Assembly: GCA_964016885.1 (NCBI GenBank)
Contig: CAXHJY010000639.1
Coordinates: 65,660-129,659, forward strand
Direction: 5' to 3'
Origin: Eledone cirrhosa
Lineage: Eukaryota
Length of the DNA stretch: 64,000 bases
Under the pieces are notes generated by a model, which was not told the origin of the DNA, did no database searches, and saw nothing but the letters and a program-made list of their open reading frames with translations. Made by a program: the position numbers and the translations under genes. Of the stretch, positions 13,833 through 27,015 are shown one piece after another (within the stretch, counting starts at the first letter, position 1; each line of letters starts with the position of its first letter).

Positions 13833-15156
13833 GTGAGTACAAATGAATTTATCATAAGTTATTATTTCATATTTATATATATGTTATAGCAACTGAAATT
13901 ATCATGTTTTAGCAATTGAAATTATAAAAAACACCAAAAGAATTTTGGACAATTATACTTTATTCTTTTTAACTTAGTGCAAACTTGATAGAAATTTTGG
14001 TTATCAAAATTTAAGCAAGTATTGCACCAAGAAAAATATAGACTTCGGCAATAAAGGAGAGTAAGAATTTATTGGCTTTAACATATGTTTCTGTGTCTAT
14101 TATAATAGTCTACATATGCTGATTACAATATATATTGTTCAATCATATGCAAAACTTAATTTTCACATGTCTTCAGAAAGCTTAAAATTGTTTGTGGTAG
14201 TTATCAAGATTATACTTATTAATCTTTGTTACATTTTTGTATCAATATCAATTCTCAACTTACTATCATTTCTACATATATCACAGTGAACAAAACTATA
14301 TATTACTATCATCTCTATCAGTGTCTACATGGTCACTCAACCTGCTAGTAATAGCAAACAATTTCACCTCAAACAGCACCCTACCATCTTAAAAAAAAAA
14401 AGAACACATTGGAAAGAGTAATGAAGTCTTGGATATATTATCTGAAAATAAGATGGGATGGTCATGACTGGAACACTTTGATCATAATTCAATTTGGTCA
14501 GCGCTGACCTGAGGATAAGCAACACCAACTATACTGTATATACATGTCCCTGCCAATATAGCTGTATGCTATATCATCTGTACACATGTTATCCCATCTA
14601 ATGCACATTGGATTTTACAATTACACATATTCATTCATATTTTTTTTTTCTGCAAAATTAACTGCTTTATATTTCCTGTTCATTAAGCAGTGTAGTTTTG
14701 CTTACTTATGTTTGTTGTTAACTAATTTAGTGGTGAAACTAAAACAAAAACTAATGTTCTATTTTTGTTTTTAAATTTTTTCTGATTTGGTTTTCAGTTT
14801 ATTGTAACAATTGGGATAACATTTGGATAATATTCACTGTTTTCTTTCATCAGAAGAGGCAGTAGCATTTTTAGTCACTTCCTAAACAAGTAGTTGGTAT
14901 AATTAACTAGGCGGGATTTTGTGCAGTTTAACCCTTTTAATACCAAACTGCCTGAAACTACCCCGGATTTATGATACAAAACTGCTCATTCTAAAATGTT
15001 TATCCATATATTAAAACCTTTGATCCAAAATTTTATTATATAAATTATAATCAATTATATAAATTTTAATCAATTTAAGCGTCTGTATAGAACTAGAAAG
15101 CTGTTATGTAAAACATTACTTAACAGTACATCAGTACAATGGGAAATAATATATAT

Positions 15157-15683
15157 GGATCTTATTTAAACCTTAACCTTCTCGCTAACTACCTTAACCT
15201 TAATTCTGTCGTATTTTTCAAAACAAATCTTCTTCTTATATATTTTATATATATTTTGTTATGCTGGCTAAATTATATGCCCCAAATACGAGGACTTTAT
15301 TTAAACTCTTAACCTCTGCTCCCTTCTATCTTCACCCCCCCCCCCTCTATATCATACTGGTTCGCCACCAATCCCTTCCTCTCTCTCCAAATATAAAATA
15401 AATCCTGCAAGTACGAAACCTCAAAAATCGCCAACCCTATTCAGGATAGGCTGCTATCATGGTGTAATGTAACGTACAAATATTTCTTCACTCTTCTCAC
15501 CATTTTAATTCCCTAGTCCATTCATCAATCTGTATCATTTCTCCCCGAATCCAATCTTTGCTTTTCTATTCGATAATTCTAGCGTATTTTTCAAAAAAAA
15601 TCTTGTATTATTGTTTTATGCTTGTTAAATTATGCCCAAAATACGGGGATCTTATTTAAACCTTAACCTTCTCGCTAACTACC
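15157..15683. repeat. Local direct duplications (ggatcttatttaaaccttaaccttctcgctaactacc; gtatttttcaaaa...cccaaatacg)
   Basis: 15157-15195 recurs at 15647-15683, and ~15211-15315 resembles ~15583-15670. Confidence 0.6.
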
Positions 15684-15719
15684 CAATATCCCTCCCACCC
15701 GCCCCCACGCACCACCATT

Positions 15720-18700
15720 ATTACGTGGGCCAATCATAAGTCAGCGGCCTATGCTATCGCCTACCTGGTTGCCTTTCGATATGATGGATGGACTACGGAA
15801 TTTTGGAGAGTTTGAATAGAAAAAATCTGGACACTCAGTGACAATGCCAAAGATAAAGACAAATTCACCTCATGGACGAGAATGCAAGGACTCCTCCTCT
15901 TTGTTTCGGCCGCGGATGGCTAACATACCCCCGCGCCCCACCGCTCCCACCCTCCAAACGCAATCCAAAACTTCAGAGTTGGTACCAACAAGGTTGTAGA
16001 AATGCTTGAACGTAAGGAGGTCGATGTTTGTTGTATTCAAGAGACCAGGTGGAGGGGTGGGTCTGCTAGATTCATCGTGGGTAAAGAACGATGCTATAAG
16101 CTTTTCTGGGTGGGAAATGACAATGGGTTGGGTGGAGTAGGAATCATGGTAGCAGAAAAGTGGGCAGATAAGATAATAGACGTGAATAGAGTGAACGACA
16201 GAATAATTAAAATAAGACTTGTCCTCAATAGAACTACTGTGACAGTAATATCTGCGTACGCACCCCAATCCGGACTGCCCGGCACTATAAAAGACAGATT
16301 CTATGAGACACTGATGCTCACTACCTCCCAAATAACCGACAGTGACTATATAATTATTGCTGGCGACCTAAATGGTCACGTTGGACAACGTTGTGACGGC
16401 TATGACGGAATCCATGGAGGCTATGGGTTTGGTACTAGAAATGAGGAAGGCTCCAGAATCCTGGAATTCTGTGACGCAAATAACCTAACTATCTGTAACA
16501 CTAACTTCAAAAAACGAGACAATCACCTGATCACCTATAGATCGAGGGAACACACAAGCCAGGTAGATTATATCCTTACCAGGAGACGTGACAGAGTGTC
16601 TGTTGTAAACACTAAATCCCTCCACCATGAAGAATGCACCTCTCAACATAGACTCATAATTAGCAACCTCATAGTCAGGACGAGACGTATTCGACAACAG
16701 AAGAGGACTATCCTCAGGAGAAAAATATGGAAGCTAAAGGACCCCACAGCCAGTAATAATAAATTTAAAAGCATATTACTTGATGCTTTTGATAGTAAGG
16801 AAGAGCAATTAGTCGTACAATATAGAGGAACAGTGGGAATTCCTGAAAGCTAACCTGCTGAAGGCGACAGATGAAACCTGTGGCTGGAGCAGGCCTATAG
16901 GCATGAGGAGAGTAACTTGGTGGTGGAACAGTAAGGTGGAGAGGTCAATCAAGGCCAAAAAGCAGGCTTGGAAAGCATGGCGGGATGGGGGAAGTAGAGA
17001 AGACTATCAAGTGGCCAGGAGGGAAGCTAGGAGACAAGTGTACTTCGCAAGAAGGGAAGCAGAGGAAAGAAAGTTCAAGCATGTTCTACAACGCGAGGAC
17101 CAAAAACGTGAGGTGTTCAGGATTGCTCGGCAATGTGTCAAGGAAAACAGTGATATTGTCTGGGAGAAGTGTGTCCTTAATGATGATGGTGTACTTGCCA
17201 TCACTGACGCTGATAAGAAGGTAGCTTGGAAGTGTCACTACGAAAGGCTACTAAATGAGGAGAATAATTGGGAGAAAGACAGTCTCCCCCACATCGACCC
17301 AATAGAGGGACCAGCAGTGCAAGTTGAAGGTAGTATAATAAGTAAGACGATCAAAGACATGAAGACGGGCAAGGCGGCCGGGCCTTCGGAAATAGTTGCC
17401 GAAATGCTGGAAGCATCTGGAACGGTGGGACACACTATGGTCACCCGGATAGTAAACCAAGTCATACAGAATGGGGTCGTTCCGAAGGACTGGCGCAGCA
17501 GCATCATCATTAACTGCTACAAGGGTAAAGGTGATGCCCTAGATAGGGGAAACTATAGAGGCTTTAAATTAATTGACCAGGTCATGAAGGTCACAGAAAA
17601 AGTAATAGCGCAACTAATCAGAGAGCGATTCGATGTAGACGAAATGCAGTTCGGGTTTGTGTCAGGTAAAAGTACAACAGACGCTTTTTTCATTGTACGA
17701 CAACTACAGGAGAAGTACCTAGCTAAAAGTAAACCCCTATACTTAGCTTTTGTTGACTTGGAGAAAGCCTTTGACAGAGTACTCCACTCAATTATCTGGT
17801 GGGCCCTTAGAAAACTAGGTGTTGATGAATGGCTTGTGAGAGCTATACAAGCCATGTATAAAGAAACAGTCAGCAAGGTTAGAATTAACAACGAATATAG
17901 TGAAAAGTTTAGCGTAAAAGTTGGTGTTCATCAGGGCTCCGTCCTTAGCCCCCTACTATTTATTATTGCCCTTCAGGCTATAACAGAAGAGTTCAAGACC
18001 GGCTGCTCATGGGAACTCCTATATGCAGATGATCTAATGCTCATAGCTGAATCAATGGCTGAACTAGAGAAGAAATTCCAAACATGGAAGCATGGCCTGG
18101 AATCAAAAGGCCTTAAAGTTAACTTGTCTAAGACTAAAGTTCTAGTTTGTAGGAAGGAAAATAGGGCACCGGTCCCATCTGGGAAATGGCCATGCTCAGT
18201 GTGTAGGAAAGGAGTAGGTAGAAACTCCATTTTTATGTCCCAAATGCAAAGTATGGGTACATGAAAGATGTAGTGGGATCACAGGTAAGCTAACTAAGAA
18301 TATAGATTTTATATGTGGCCGGTGCTCTGGTGCAATAAGTAGCAGCAAGTGCCCACAGAATACTAACTCATTCCATTGCACAGATGGTTCTATAGAAATA
18401 GTGGACAGCTTCCGTTACCTGGGTGACAAAATCAGCAGTGGGGGAGGGTGCTCTGAAAGTACAGTAGCTAGAGTCAGAACGGGATGGAAAAAGTTCAGAG
18501 AGCTTATACCACTATTGGCCGCTAAAGGGTTCTCTCTAAAAATGAAAGGCAGGCTGTATGATGCCTGCATACGAACAGCAATGTTACATGGCAGTGAGAC
18601 CTGGGCATTGTGTGCAGAGGATACGCAGACTGGAGAGAAACGAAGCTTGCATGCTCCGCCGGATGTGTAATAGAAATATACGTGAACGGCAAAGCATAAA

Positions 18701-18937
18701 CGAACTAAGGGAGAAATTAGGAATAAGAGGGATCAGATGTTGTTTACTCGAGAGAAGACTACGTTGGTATGGTCACGTGATGCGCATGAAAGACGACAGC
18801 ATCCAGCCGTAGAAAACCCGCCAGACAGTCCTATGCGAGCAAGACGACCACTCTTGCCTCAAGTGGGAAAACTCCCGTCCAAACCCATGCAAGCGTGGAA
18901 TATGGACGTTAAACGATGATGATGATGATGATGATGA
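15720..18937 (+). mobile_element. Near full-length but defective RTE-clade LINE (APE endonuclease + reverse transcriptase + Cys-rich insert)
   Basis: ORF 16002-16853 has APE motifs (CIQETRW, SAYAPQ, GDLNGHVG, DYIL, SQH). ORF 16903-18264 has RT motifs (QFGF, FVDLEKAFD, GVHQGSVLSP, LYADD). Several frameshifts; (GAT)n tail ends ~18937. 5' boundary approximate. Confidence 0.93.
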
Positions 18938-19238
18938 TACATCCCCAATCTATTGCAAGTGAAATCATTTCATAAAAATATAATTAGTCAAGGGTAAGAA
19001 AAATTTGAGGAAGAATCTTGAGATATCATCAGATAAGCTCTCAAATTTCAATCCTCTACTTTCTTAACCAGATCTGACAACATGTCAAACACTGAGCAAT
19101 GTTACAAAAAGAAGACTATGCTAACTTCGAACTGGAGATATACCATTGAATTACATTTTATCACAAACTGGTGGTAGAAAATCACCTCTGTGTTCTTTGG
19201 CACTATTTGTTCCAATGTAAAAACTATTGGTCTGATAT

Positions 19239-19616
19239 CATCATCATTTTACGTCCGCTTTTCCCTGCTTGCAAGGGTAGGACGGGAACTGGCTTGATTT
19301 CTACAGCTGGATGCCCTTCCTAACACCAACCTCATTTACAGTGAGTGCTGGGTGCTTTTTTTTTCCGTGGCGCCTACACGTTCACTTTACAGTATGGGCT
19401 GGGTGCTTTTTTGCCGTGGCACCTCCACGACCACTTTACAGTGGAATGATAGGGACTCCAGTTCCTATCATCTCATTTCTACAGCTGAGTAAACTGGAGC
19501 AATGTGAAATAAAGTGTCTTGCTCAAGGAAACAACACATCACCTGGTCTGAGAATTGAACTTACAACCTTTCGATCGCAAGGCCAATGCTCTAACCACTC
19601 AGCCATGTGCTTCAAC
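19239..19616 (-). mobile_element. tRNA-derived SINE, family 2 (CORE-like centre, RTE-derived tail) with 11 bp target-site duplication
   Basis: On minus strand: A-box tggctgagtgg, B-box gttcaattc, ccttgagcaagacact core, RTE-like 3' end and (GAT)n. TSD TGGTCTGATAT at 19228-19238 and 19617-19627. Confidence 0.9.
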
Positions 19617-19630
19617 TGGTCTGATATATA

Positions 19631-19965
19631 TGGAGGCACATGGCTTAGTGGTTAGAGCATTGGCCTTGCAATCGAAAGGTTGTGAGTTCAATTCTCAGAC
19701 CGGGTGATGTGTTGTTTCCTTGAGCAAGACACTTTATTTCACATTGCTCCAGTTTACTCAACTGTAGAAATGAGATGATAGGACTGGGGTCCCTATCATT
19801 CCACTATAACGCGGTCGTGGAGGTGTCACGGAAAAAAAGCACCCAGCACTCACTGTAAATGAGGTTGGTGTTAGTAAGGGCATCCAGCTATAGAAATCAA
19901 GCCAGAATAAGTTCCCGTCCCACCCATGCAAGCAGGGAAAAGCGGACGTAAAATGAAATGATGAT
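19631..19965 (+). mobile_element. SINE family 2 copy, head-to-head with the previous one
   Basis: tggcttagtggttagagc...gagttcaattctc head, same core and tail as 19239-19616. Confidence 0.9.
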
Positions 19966-19974
19966 ATATATATA

Positions 19975-20769
19975 GTAATATACGTGAACAGCAAAGCATA
20001 AACTAGTAATATACGTGAACGGCAAAGCATAAACGAACTAAGGAAAAAATTAGAAATAAGAGGGATCAGATGTTGTTTACTCGAGAGAAGGCTACGTTGG
20101 TATGGTCAGTGATGCGCATGAAAGACGACAGCTGTATAACAAAGTGCAGACCCAGAAAAACCTGGGACGAGCTGATAAATTCCGACCTCACACACTTACA
20201 CCTCTCCAAGACAATGTCACTGGACCGAGACCTTTGGCGGTACTCAGTAATAGAGAAGACCCGCCTTACCTAAATACAAAGTAAAACCTACTACAGTCAG
20301 TAGGCATCTCTAACAAAATACACCCCCATCCCACCACCCCCACCCCATCCACACCGCCCTTTCAATGTAAAGTTATGTTGGTGCCACAACATCCAGGCCG
20401 AAACAAATGAGATCGTGTAGGTGTCACGACAAAAAAACACACAGTCCACGCTGTAATGTGGCCGTGTAGGCAACACGGTAAACACTTCCCAGTCCCACAC
20501 TGTAAATGTGGTTGGTGTTAGGAAGGGCATCCAGCTGTAGAAAACCCGCCAGACAGTCCACGCTGTAATGTGGCCGTGTAGGCAACACGGTAAAAACCTC
20601 CCAGCCCCACACTGTAAATGTGGTTGGTGTTAGGAAGGGCATCCAGCTGTAGAAAACCCGCCAGACAATCCTATGCGAGCAAGACAACCACTCTTGCCTC
20701 AAGAGGGAAAACTCCCGTCCAAACCCATGCAAGCGTGGAACATGGACGTTAAACGATGATGATGATGAT
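19975..20769 (+). mobile_element. 5'-truncated RTE LINE (RT end + 3'UTR with internal tandem duplication)
   Basis: Matches 18670-18800 and 63405-64000. ~110 bp duplication (20442-20552 vs 20553-20665); (GAT)n tail. Confidence 0.88.
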
Positions 20770-21885
20770 ATATATATAGAACACTTGTAGTCAAAAACAA
20801 CGGAAGTCAACAAGATCTATCTCTCTCTCTCATATATATATGAGAGAGAGAGATAGATCTTGTTGATTGACTACAAGTGTTCTTGTTCAAACAACAGAAC
20901 AACCTGGTTGTGAAATTGACGTGTAAGTAGTTGACCAATCCACAAGCTTGTGCATTGTTAACAGAATATTCAGGGAGACAGTGAGTGACAAGACTTGCTT
21001 GTACATTTCAATTACAAATATAACTCATTTTTCCAGCTAAGTAGACTAGAGTAATGTGAAATAAAGTATCTTGCTCAAGGACCCAATATGCTGTCGGCAA
21101 TTGAACTTACGACCTTACAATTGTTAGCCAAAACCCCTAACCATTAAGCTACACATCTTCACACACACACATATATATATATTGTTGGGTTAATAAAAAT
21201 TAGCACCATCCCTGTCTTTATTAGGGTCTCCTAGACAAGAGAATGAGATGTTTGAGTGAGGTTAGAATAAACAGATGTCAGGTTTTAATTGTTGCAAGTT
21301 AGCAGGAAACATTGCTAATTAAGTATGGAGTTGCAAAGGGTTATAGTCATGAGGAAAAGAATTGTAGAGTGTTTAATAAGAATGTTGAATAGGAAATTAT
21401 AGTAATAGTATCATGAGAAATGTATGCAGTGTGTGGTTTTAGGTAGAAGGTACATAGTTAAAAAGTTAAAACAAAACCCCACCAAAAATCATTGGCTTTA
21501 GAGTTAGACAGGGTTGGAAAGAATTTCGATGTGTTGGTTTATATAATGAGCAAACAGCTTTTTCTTCTCTGGATACACTATCACAGGTGACTCATCTGGG
21601 ATTACCACATTAACTGCTATTCAAACAACAAAACAAACTTTTCAATACAATTTTCAACTAGGTAGAGTCTCTATAAGATATTACTAAATGTTGTTCATAT
21701 ATAAGGTGTGCACTGGCTTCAACTGTTACTTTTCCCTGTAATTTTCCAACTAATCATTCACATTCTCACCTATATTTGTTGCTCCTTTATTTTAATCCTG
21801 AATTTACATGTTTGTATTTTTTTAACCTGAATTCTAATTTTTGAATGTGTGTGTAGTTTGGACTTTAACTTTTTTTTTTCCATAG

Positions 21886-22002
21886 GGAATAAAAAGGCTT
21901 CACCATCCTCAAAATACAATACAATAGGTGTACATACACACCGACAACATCAACAGCAACAAGTAAAGGATACTGCATTATGGAGAAGAGGAAGCCAAGA
22001 TG
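21886..22002 (+). CDS. Candidate cassette exon A of the WIP-like gene (117 nt, phase 1-1), not in ORF track
   Basis: Acceptor (t)n-ccatag. Open in phase 1: (G)NKKASPSSKYNTIGVHTHRQHQQQQVKDTALWRRGSQD(G). Donor GATG|GTAGTT. Length divisible by 3. Confidence 0.62.
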
Positions 22003-23616
22003 GTAGTTGACAAGTACATTAGTCCCATGTAGTGCTTCTATGTTTCCAGTTTTTGCCATATTTTTCATCATGTGATATTGACTGCCTGCTTTCACTCTTC
22101 TAATATTTGTTGCTGACTTATGCTTTTGTCTATTTAGTGTTGTCTACATTAATACTCTTAATCAAGATGATGTTGCACGAATAATGACATTAATAATATT
22201 AATTTCAATGGTGTTATGATAATAAACTAATAACATATATATATATATTTTTTTTTATGTTAAGCATAACTTCAAATATTCCAAAAGTGAAAAGAAGTTG
22301 GTATCTTTGAATATTCCATTGGAATTTTTAGCAGAGTTATTTGAATTCAGTCTAGTTTCAACAGTCATGCTATATTTGTAATAGGGAGAGCAACATGGTA
22401 AAATCTGGGGGAATTGCCTTTTCAGATAACTAATAGATTCTGAAGGAGGATGAAAAAAATATTTGGTTGATGTATTTGGGTGATTTTGGTGATGGTGTGA
22501 AACAAAGAAATATACATTAAAGCTGGAGATTCACAAAAATTTAGAGATAGAACTAAATGGAAGAGACACAATTAATTGAATCAACACATATGGGAGAGTG
22601 TAGTCAATTTAATTGTTCCAGTACTAATTATTTTATTAAGATCAGATCTTCAGCAATTTAGAGAGATAGTTACCTTTATCTCTATCAGTTCTGTTATCCC
22701 TGATAATGATGATAATAATGATAATTTTTTTTCACAAAACATTAATCCCAAGATTTGATGAGGAAGGAAACAAGTGAGATGTGATATTTATAACTTTCCC
22801 AGGGGCATTAGTAATGTAAGTGAAATTAAATGATGCCAACTTAAAGTTGAAACTAGGTCATAGACTCAGTTTGTTGAGGACCTAGCATATAGCGCAACAC
22901 CTAATAATTATAAACAGCTATCAATATCATAGGAAAATATTTATTGCTTAGAACTAAATAAATATACTGGGAAAAATACTTTATGAACACTTTAGTCAGA
23001 TATTTTGGAATGTCATAGAAAAGTATATTGTTACTATATTTTTTATTGAGTAATCTAAATATAAGAATCATTATGACAGTTGTTTTTATTTTTTTTATTT
23101 TGCTGTTGGAAAAGATCAAAATAATTTTTTTTTGCATTTTTAGTCTAATTTAGTATATTGTATAACTTAATGCATTTTAATGCTAAATATCAACATGGTT
23201 ATAATTTTCAAATGAAAACTTCCTCAATATTAACTTACTAACAAGTCCACCACCAGGTTTGCTAATGGTGTTTATTTAATAAACAGTTAGTTTCTAAAGC
23301 ATAGTAGACACCTGATTGGATTGAACAAAAATCAAGCAAACTTATCTGAAATGACTGGTTGTCTTTTGTTTTCTTTAAGTCTTTTGGCTTCTATGTATTA
23401 ATTTTAATTTAGAATAAGTGCGGCTTTTTTTTTTTTTTTTAAATTGATAGTTTTCTCCAAAATTACTGTATATACTTGAATATAAGCTACCCCCCCCTCT
23501 ATTTTATGTCTGAAAAGTGAATAAAAATCCAAACACCGTTTATAAGCAGAAGAGTCTAATCAATACATGTTTAGATGGTGTACTTTTGAAATTATTTATG
23601 AAATTTTAATAGTTTG

Positions 23617-24965
23617 ATGTTCTTAGCCCTCTCATGTTCATCATAGTCCTGCAGGCAATAACGGAGGAGTTTAAGACCGGATGCCCATGGGAACTCCTGT
23701 ATGCTGATGACCTCACACTTATAGCTGAATCTATGGTAGAACTAGAGAAGAAATTCCAAACTTGGAAGCAGGGACTAGAAAGAAAGGGTCTCAAAGTCAA
23801 CATGACAAAGACTAAGGTCCTTGTAAGTAGACGAGAAAACAGAACCCAGATCCCCTCAGGGAAATGGCCTTGTTCAGTATGTATGAAAGGTGTAGGTAGG
23901 AACTCCATTCTCTGCCCCAAATGCAAACAATGGGTACACAAGAGATGTAGCGGGATCTCAGGAAGCTTAATTAAGAATGTAGGCTTCACATGCAGCAGCT
24001 GTACTGGGACAGCAAGCAGCAAACAGCCACAGGAAACAAGTACCACCAATCTCTGGGAGGGCTCTGTAGAGACAGTAGACAGCTTCTGCTACCTAGGTGA
24101 CCGAATTAGCAGCGGAGGTGGGTGTTCAGAAAGTACAATAACAAGGGTAAGAACGGGATGGAAGAAGTTCAGGGAACTACTACGACTGCTAGCTGCAAAA
24201 GGCTTCTCCCTCAAAATGAAAGGCAGACTGTATGATGCGTGTATCCGAACAGCAATGTTACATGGTAGTGAGATCTGGGCGCTGAAGGTGGAAGACTTAC
24301 GTAGATTAGAGAGAAACGAAGCCTGCATGCTCCGATGGATGTGTAATAGTAATATACGCGAACGACAAAGCATAAATGAATTGAGAGAGAGACTGAGCAT
24401 AAGAGGAATCAAATGCTGTGTGCAGGAGAGGCGGTTGCGTTGGTATGGACATGTGATGCGTATGAAGGATGACAGCTGCATAAAAAGGTGCAGAGCACTA
24501 GAAGTTGATGGAAACCGCGGAGTGGGGAGACCCAAGATGACCTGGGATGAAGTGATAAAAGGCGACCTTACCCAATTACACCCCTCAAAGGCGATGACAC
24601 ACGACCGTGACCTCTAGCGTCACGCAGTAATACAGAGTACCCGACCTCCCATGGGTACAAGCTGAAGCATATAGACAATATGCCCCCACACCATCCCACT
24701 GCAAGGTGGTCGTGGAGATGCCACGGCAAAAAAGCACCAAGCCCACACTGTAAAGTGGATGTGTAGGCGCCACGAAAAAGCACCCAGCACTCACTGTAAA
24801 TGAGGTTGGTGTTAGGAAGGGCATCCAGCTGTAGAAATCAAGCCAAATCAGTTCCTGTATGAGCAAGGCATGGTCAGCCGATCAGACACTGCTCACAACA
24901 GGACAACCCGTCTAACCCATGCTAGCGTGGAAGAACGGACGTAAAACGGTGATGATGATGATGAT
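23617..24965 (+). mobile_element. 5'-truncated RTE LINE, second subfamily
   Basis: ORF 23634-24617 continuous (LYADD, WPCSVC...CPKCKQWVHKRC, RLRWYGHV). 3'UTR differs from the 15720 copy and ends in (GAT)n. Confidence 0.92.
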
Positions 24966-27015
24966 GTTTAAAGTGTCATTTAGAGTATAGGTTTTGTTTC
25001 ACAACTCCATTACATAATGCATTTTTATCATTTGATTCATTTTATAAAGTTTAAAAAATATCTCTCAAATTTTTGTTTACTTCTGGCCACTCACAGTTGG
25101 GAGTATTTGAATGAAAGACACGAATAAGAGAACTTCCTACAGAGATTCATAGAGTAGAAGAGGAAGGTAGAGACATCAAGTGAGAGAAGACAAAAGCAAG
25201 AAGGGTGAGAGAGAACAGGAGCAATAAAATATAAGTCAGAAGTAAGATTTCAATCTTACATAAGATTGAAAGAAAAAGTATTATTAAGTCAGAAAAACAG
25301 TCAACATGTATGTATGTGTGTGTGCACAAGTACATGCATGTATGTGTAGGGGATATTTATGTATTAAAAAGATTGAATTATAAAAATTTGTTGGAAATAT
25401 TTTCAAGGGAATGCATAAATAACACTAATGATGTAGAAAAACTGTTCATTGTAAAATAATCACTTCAGATAATTTAGCACCTTATTTATGTAAAATTTGA
25501 AGTTCATGAAAATCGACAAAATATTGACCTTGGATATAAACTTGCCCCCCCCCCCTTTTTTTTTACTACCAATCTTTTTTTATTTTTGGGATCACATATT
25601 TCTTGACTTATATACGAGTATATACAGTACTTATAATTTCATATATATATATATATTCAGTGTAATAATATATTATTCCAATCAATTTTCTCTCTGTGCA
25701 AACAATAAAATGCCTATTAGCATTTTAATTCAATTCAAGCTCTCTAACTGCTTTTTATTAGCTAATAGCTATTTCTCTTAATAATTTTGGTTACATTTCA
25801 CTATAAACAAATCAAATTAAAAAGGGTTCAATAGAGATAGACTTTCTAATTCAAGTTTCATTATAATTTCTTTTATTTTTTTTATTTTGCAAGATTCAAA
25901 GCAGCTTGATAAGACAAGTAAACTGTATGGAGTATGTCATCTGCTAATGAGCTTCTCTCTAAAACCATTTAAAAACTTGCATCTCTAGTTTGTTTGCCTT
26001 TATTGTCTAAACTAAGTAGCAACAGATGACAGAGATAATTAATTATATTCTTTATTGTTCTAGCACTGATTTATCAACTTGTACTTCAAATGATCATGAT
26101 CAATCACACACACACAAAATAGTTAACAAAAAAATTAGTTTCTCATTCGTCTCTCACTTTATTTCTTCTGTGTGCATTTGCTAGTCATCTTTGCAAGTAT
26201 TGCTAAAAAAAAATTTTTGTTTGTTTTTTAAATATTAGTTTTTAAGTTGTATGTGTATGTTTGCACTTTTTATGCTCTCCCATCAAATTTGTTTCATTAA
26301 AATGCTGAATTGTAATGATTATATGAATATATATATATGCATTCTTTCTGTTTTTATCAGTTTTAGCCAAATTAGCCACATTAGCCAAATATTCTTGAAA
26401 AGTACCTAAAATTAAAGTCAATTAACTACAACTTTTCACAATGATCTGTCCACTAGTAAAGATACTAAAAACATTTGAATTAACAAACCCATTCTCTGCT
26501 AGGCCATTACAGGATGTTAAGAGTTAATGGAATTTTTTTTATCACTCTTTTACAGCTGAAACTACTTTTATGAAATGTTTTAAATTAGTTTTGTAATAAA
26601 ATACTTGTGTATATGTCTAATTTAGTAGATGACTGCTATGTGTGTGTGCACAAGTATGTGTGCATGTATGTACGCACAAATGTACATTTTGTAATTTTTA
26701 AAAAATTCATTGGCAATGCAACTTCTTAAATTACTTTGCCTCTCAGTTATTTTCTCCAGAAACATTTAAAATCTAATGAATATAATTTTTTTTCTCTCTC
26801 TCTTGTATTTTCTATATGCATGTTTAATTATTGACAGTTTATTTTTTTAAATTATATTTCTTGTTTTGCTAGTTTTTCAACTGTCTGTATTGCCACTTAA
26901 ACATCATGAGGTCATTGTGTAGTGGTTGTTATTTTCTCCAGATTATTTTTAATATGATTATCCATTTTCATGTTAATATACATACACTTGGAAATTTTTA
27001 TTTTTCACTTTGCAG

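Noticed and set aside
14798-14900. Acceptor-like sites after exon 1 (also near 26360, 38872, 41268, 53964)
   Set aside because: The phase-1 frame hits a stop before any plausible donor.
15870-18381. Minus-strand ORFs overlapping the RTE elements (also 23606-24535, 63018-63555)
   Set aside because: Antisense shadows of the RT/APE coding frames, with no recognisable motifs.
19631-19705. tRNA-like sequence with A and B boxes (also ~1297-1385 and ~55900-55979)
   Set aside because: SINE heads continuing into core and LINE-derived or AT-rich tails; no complete cloverleaf supported.
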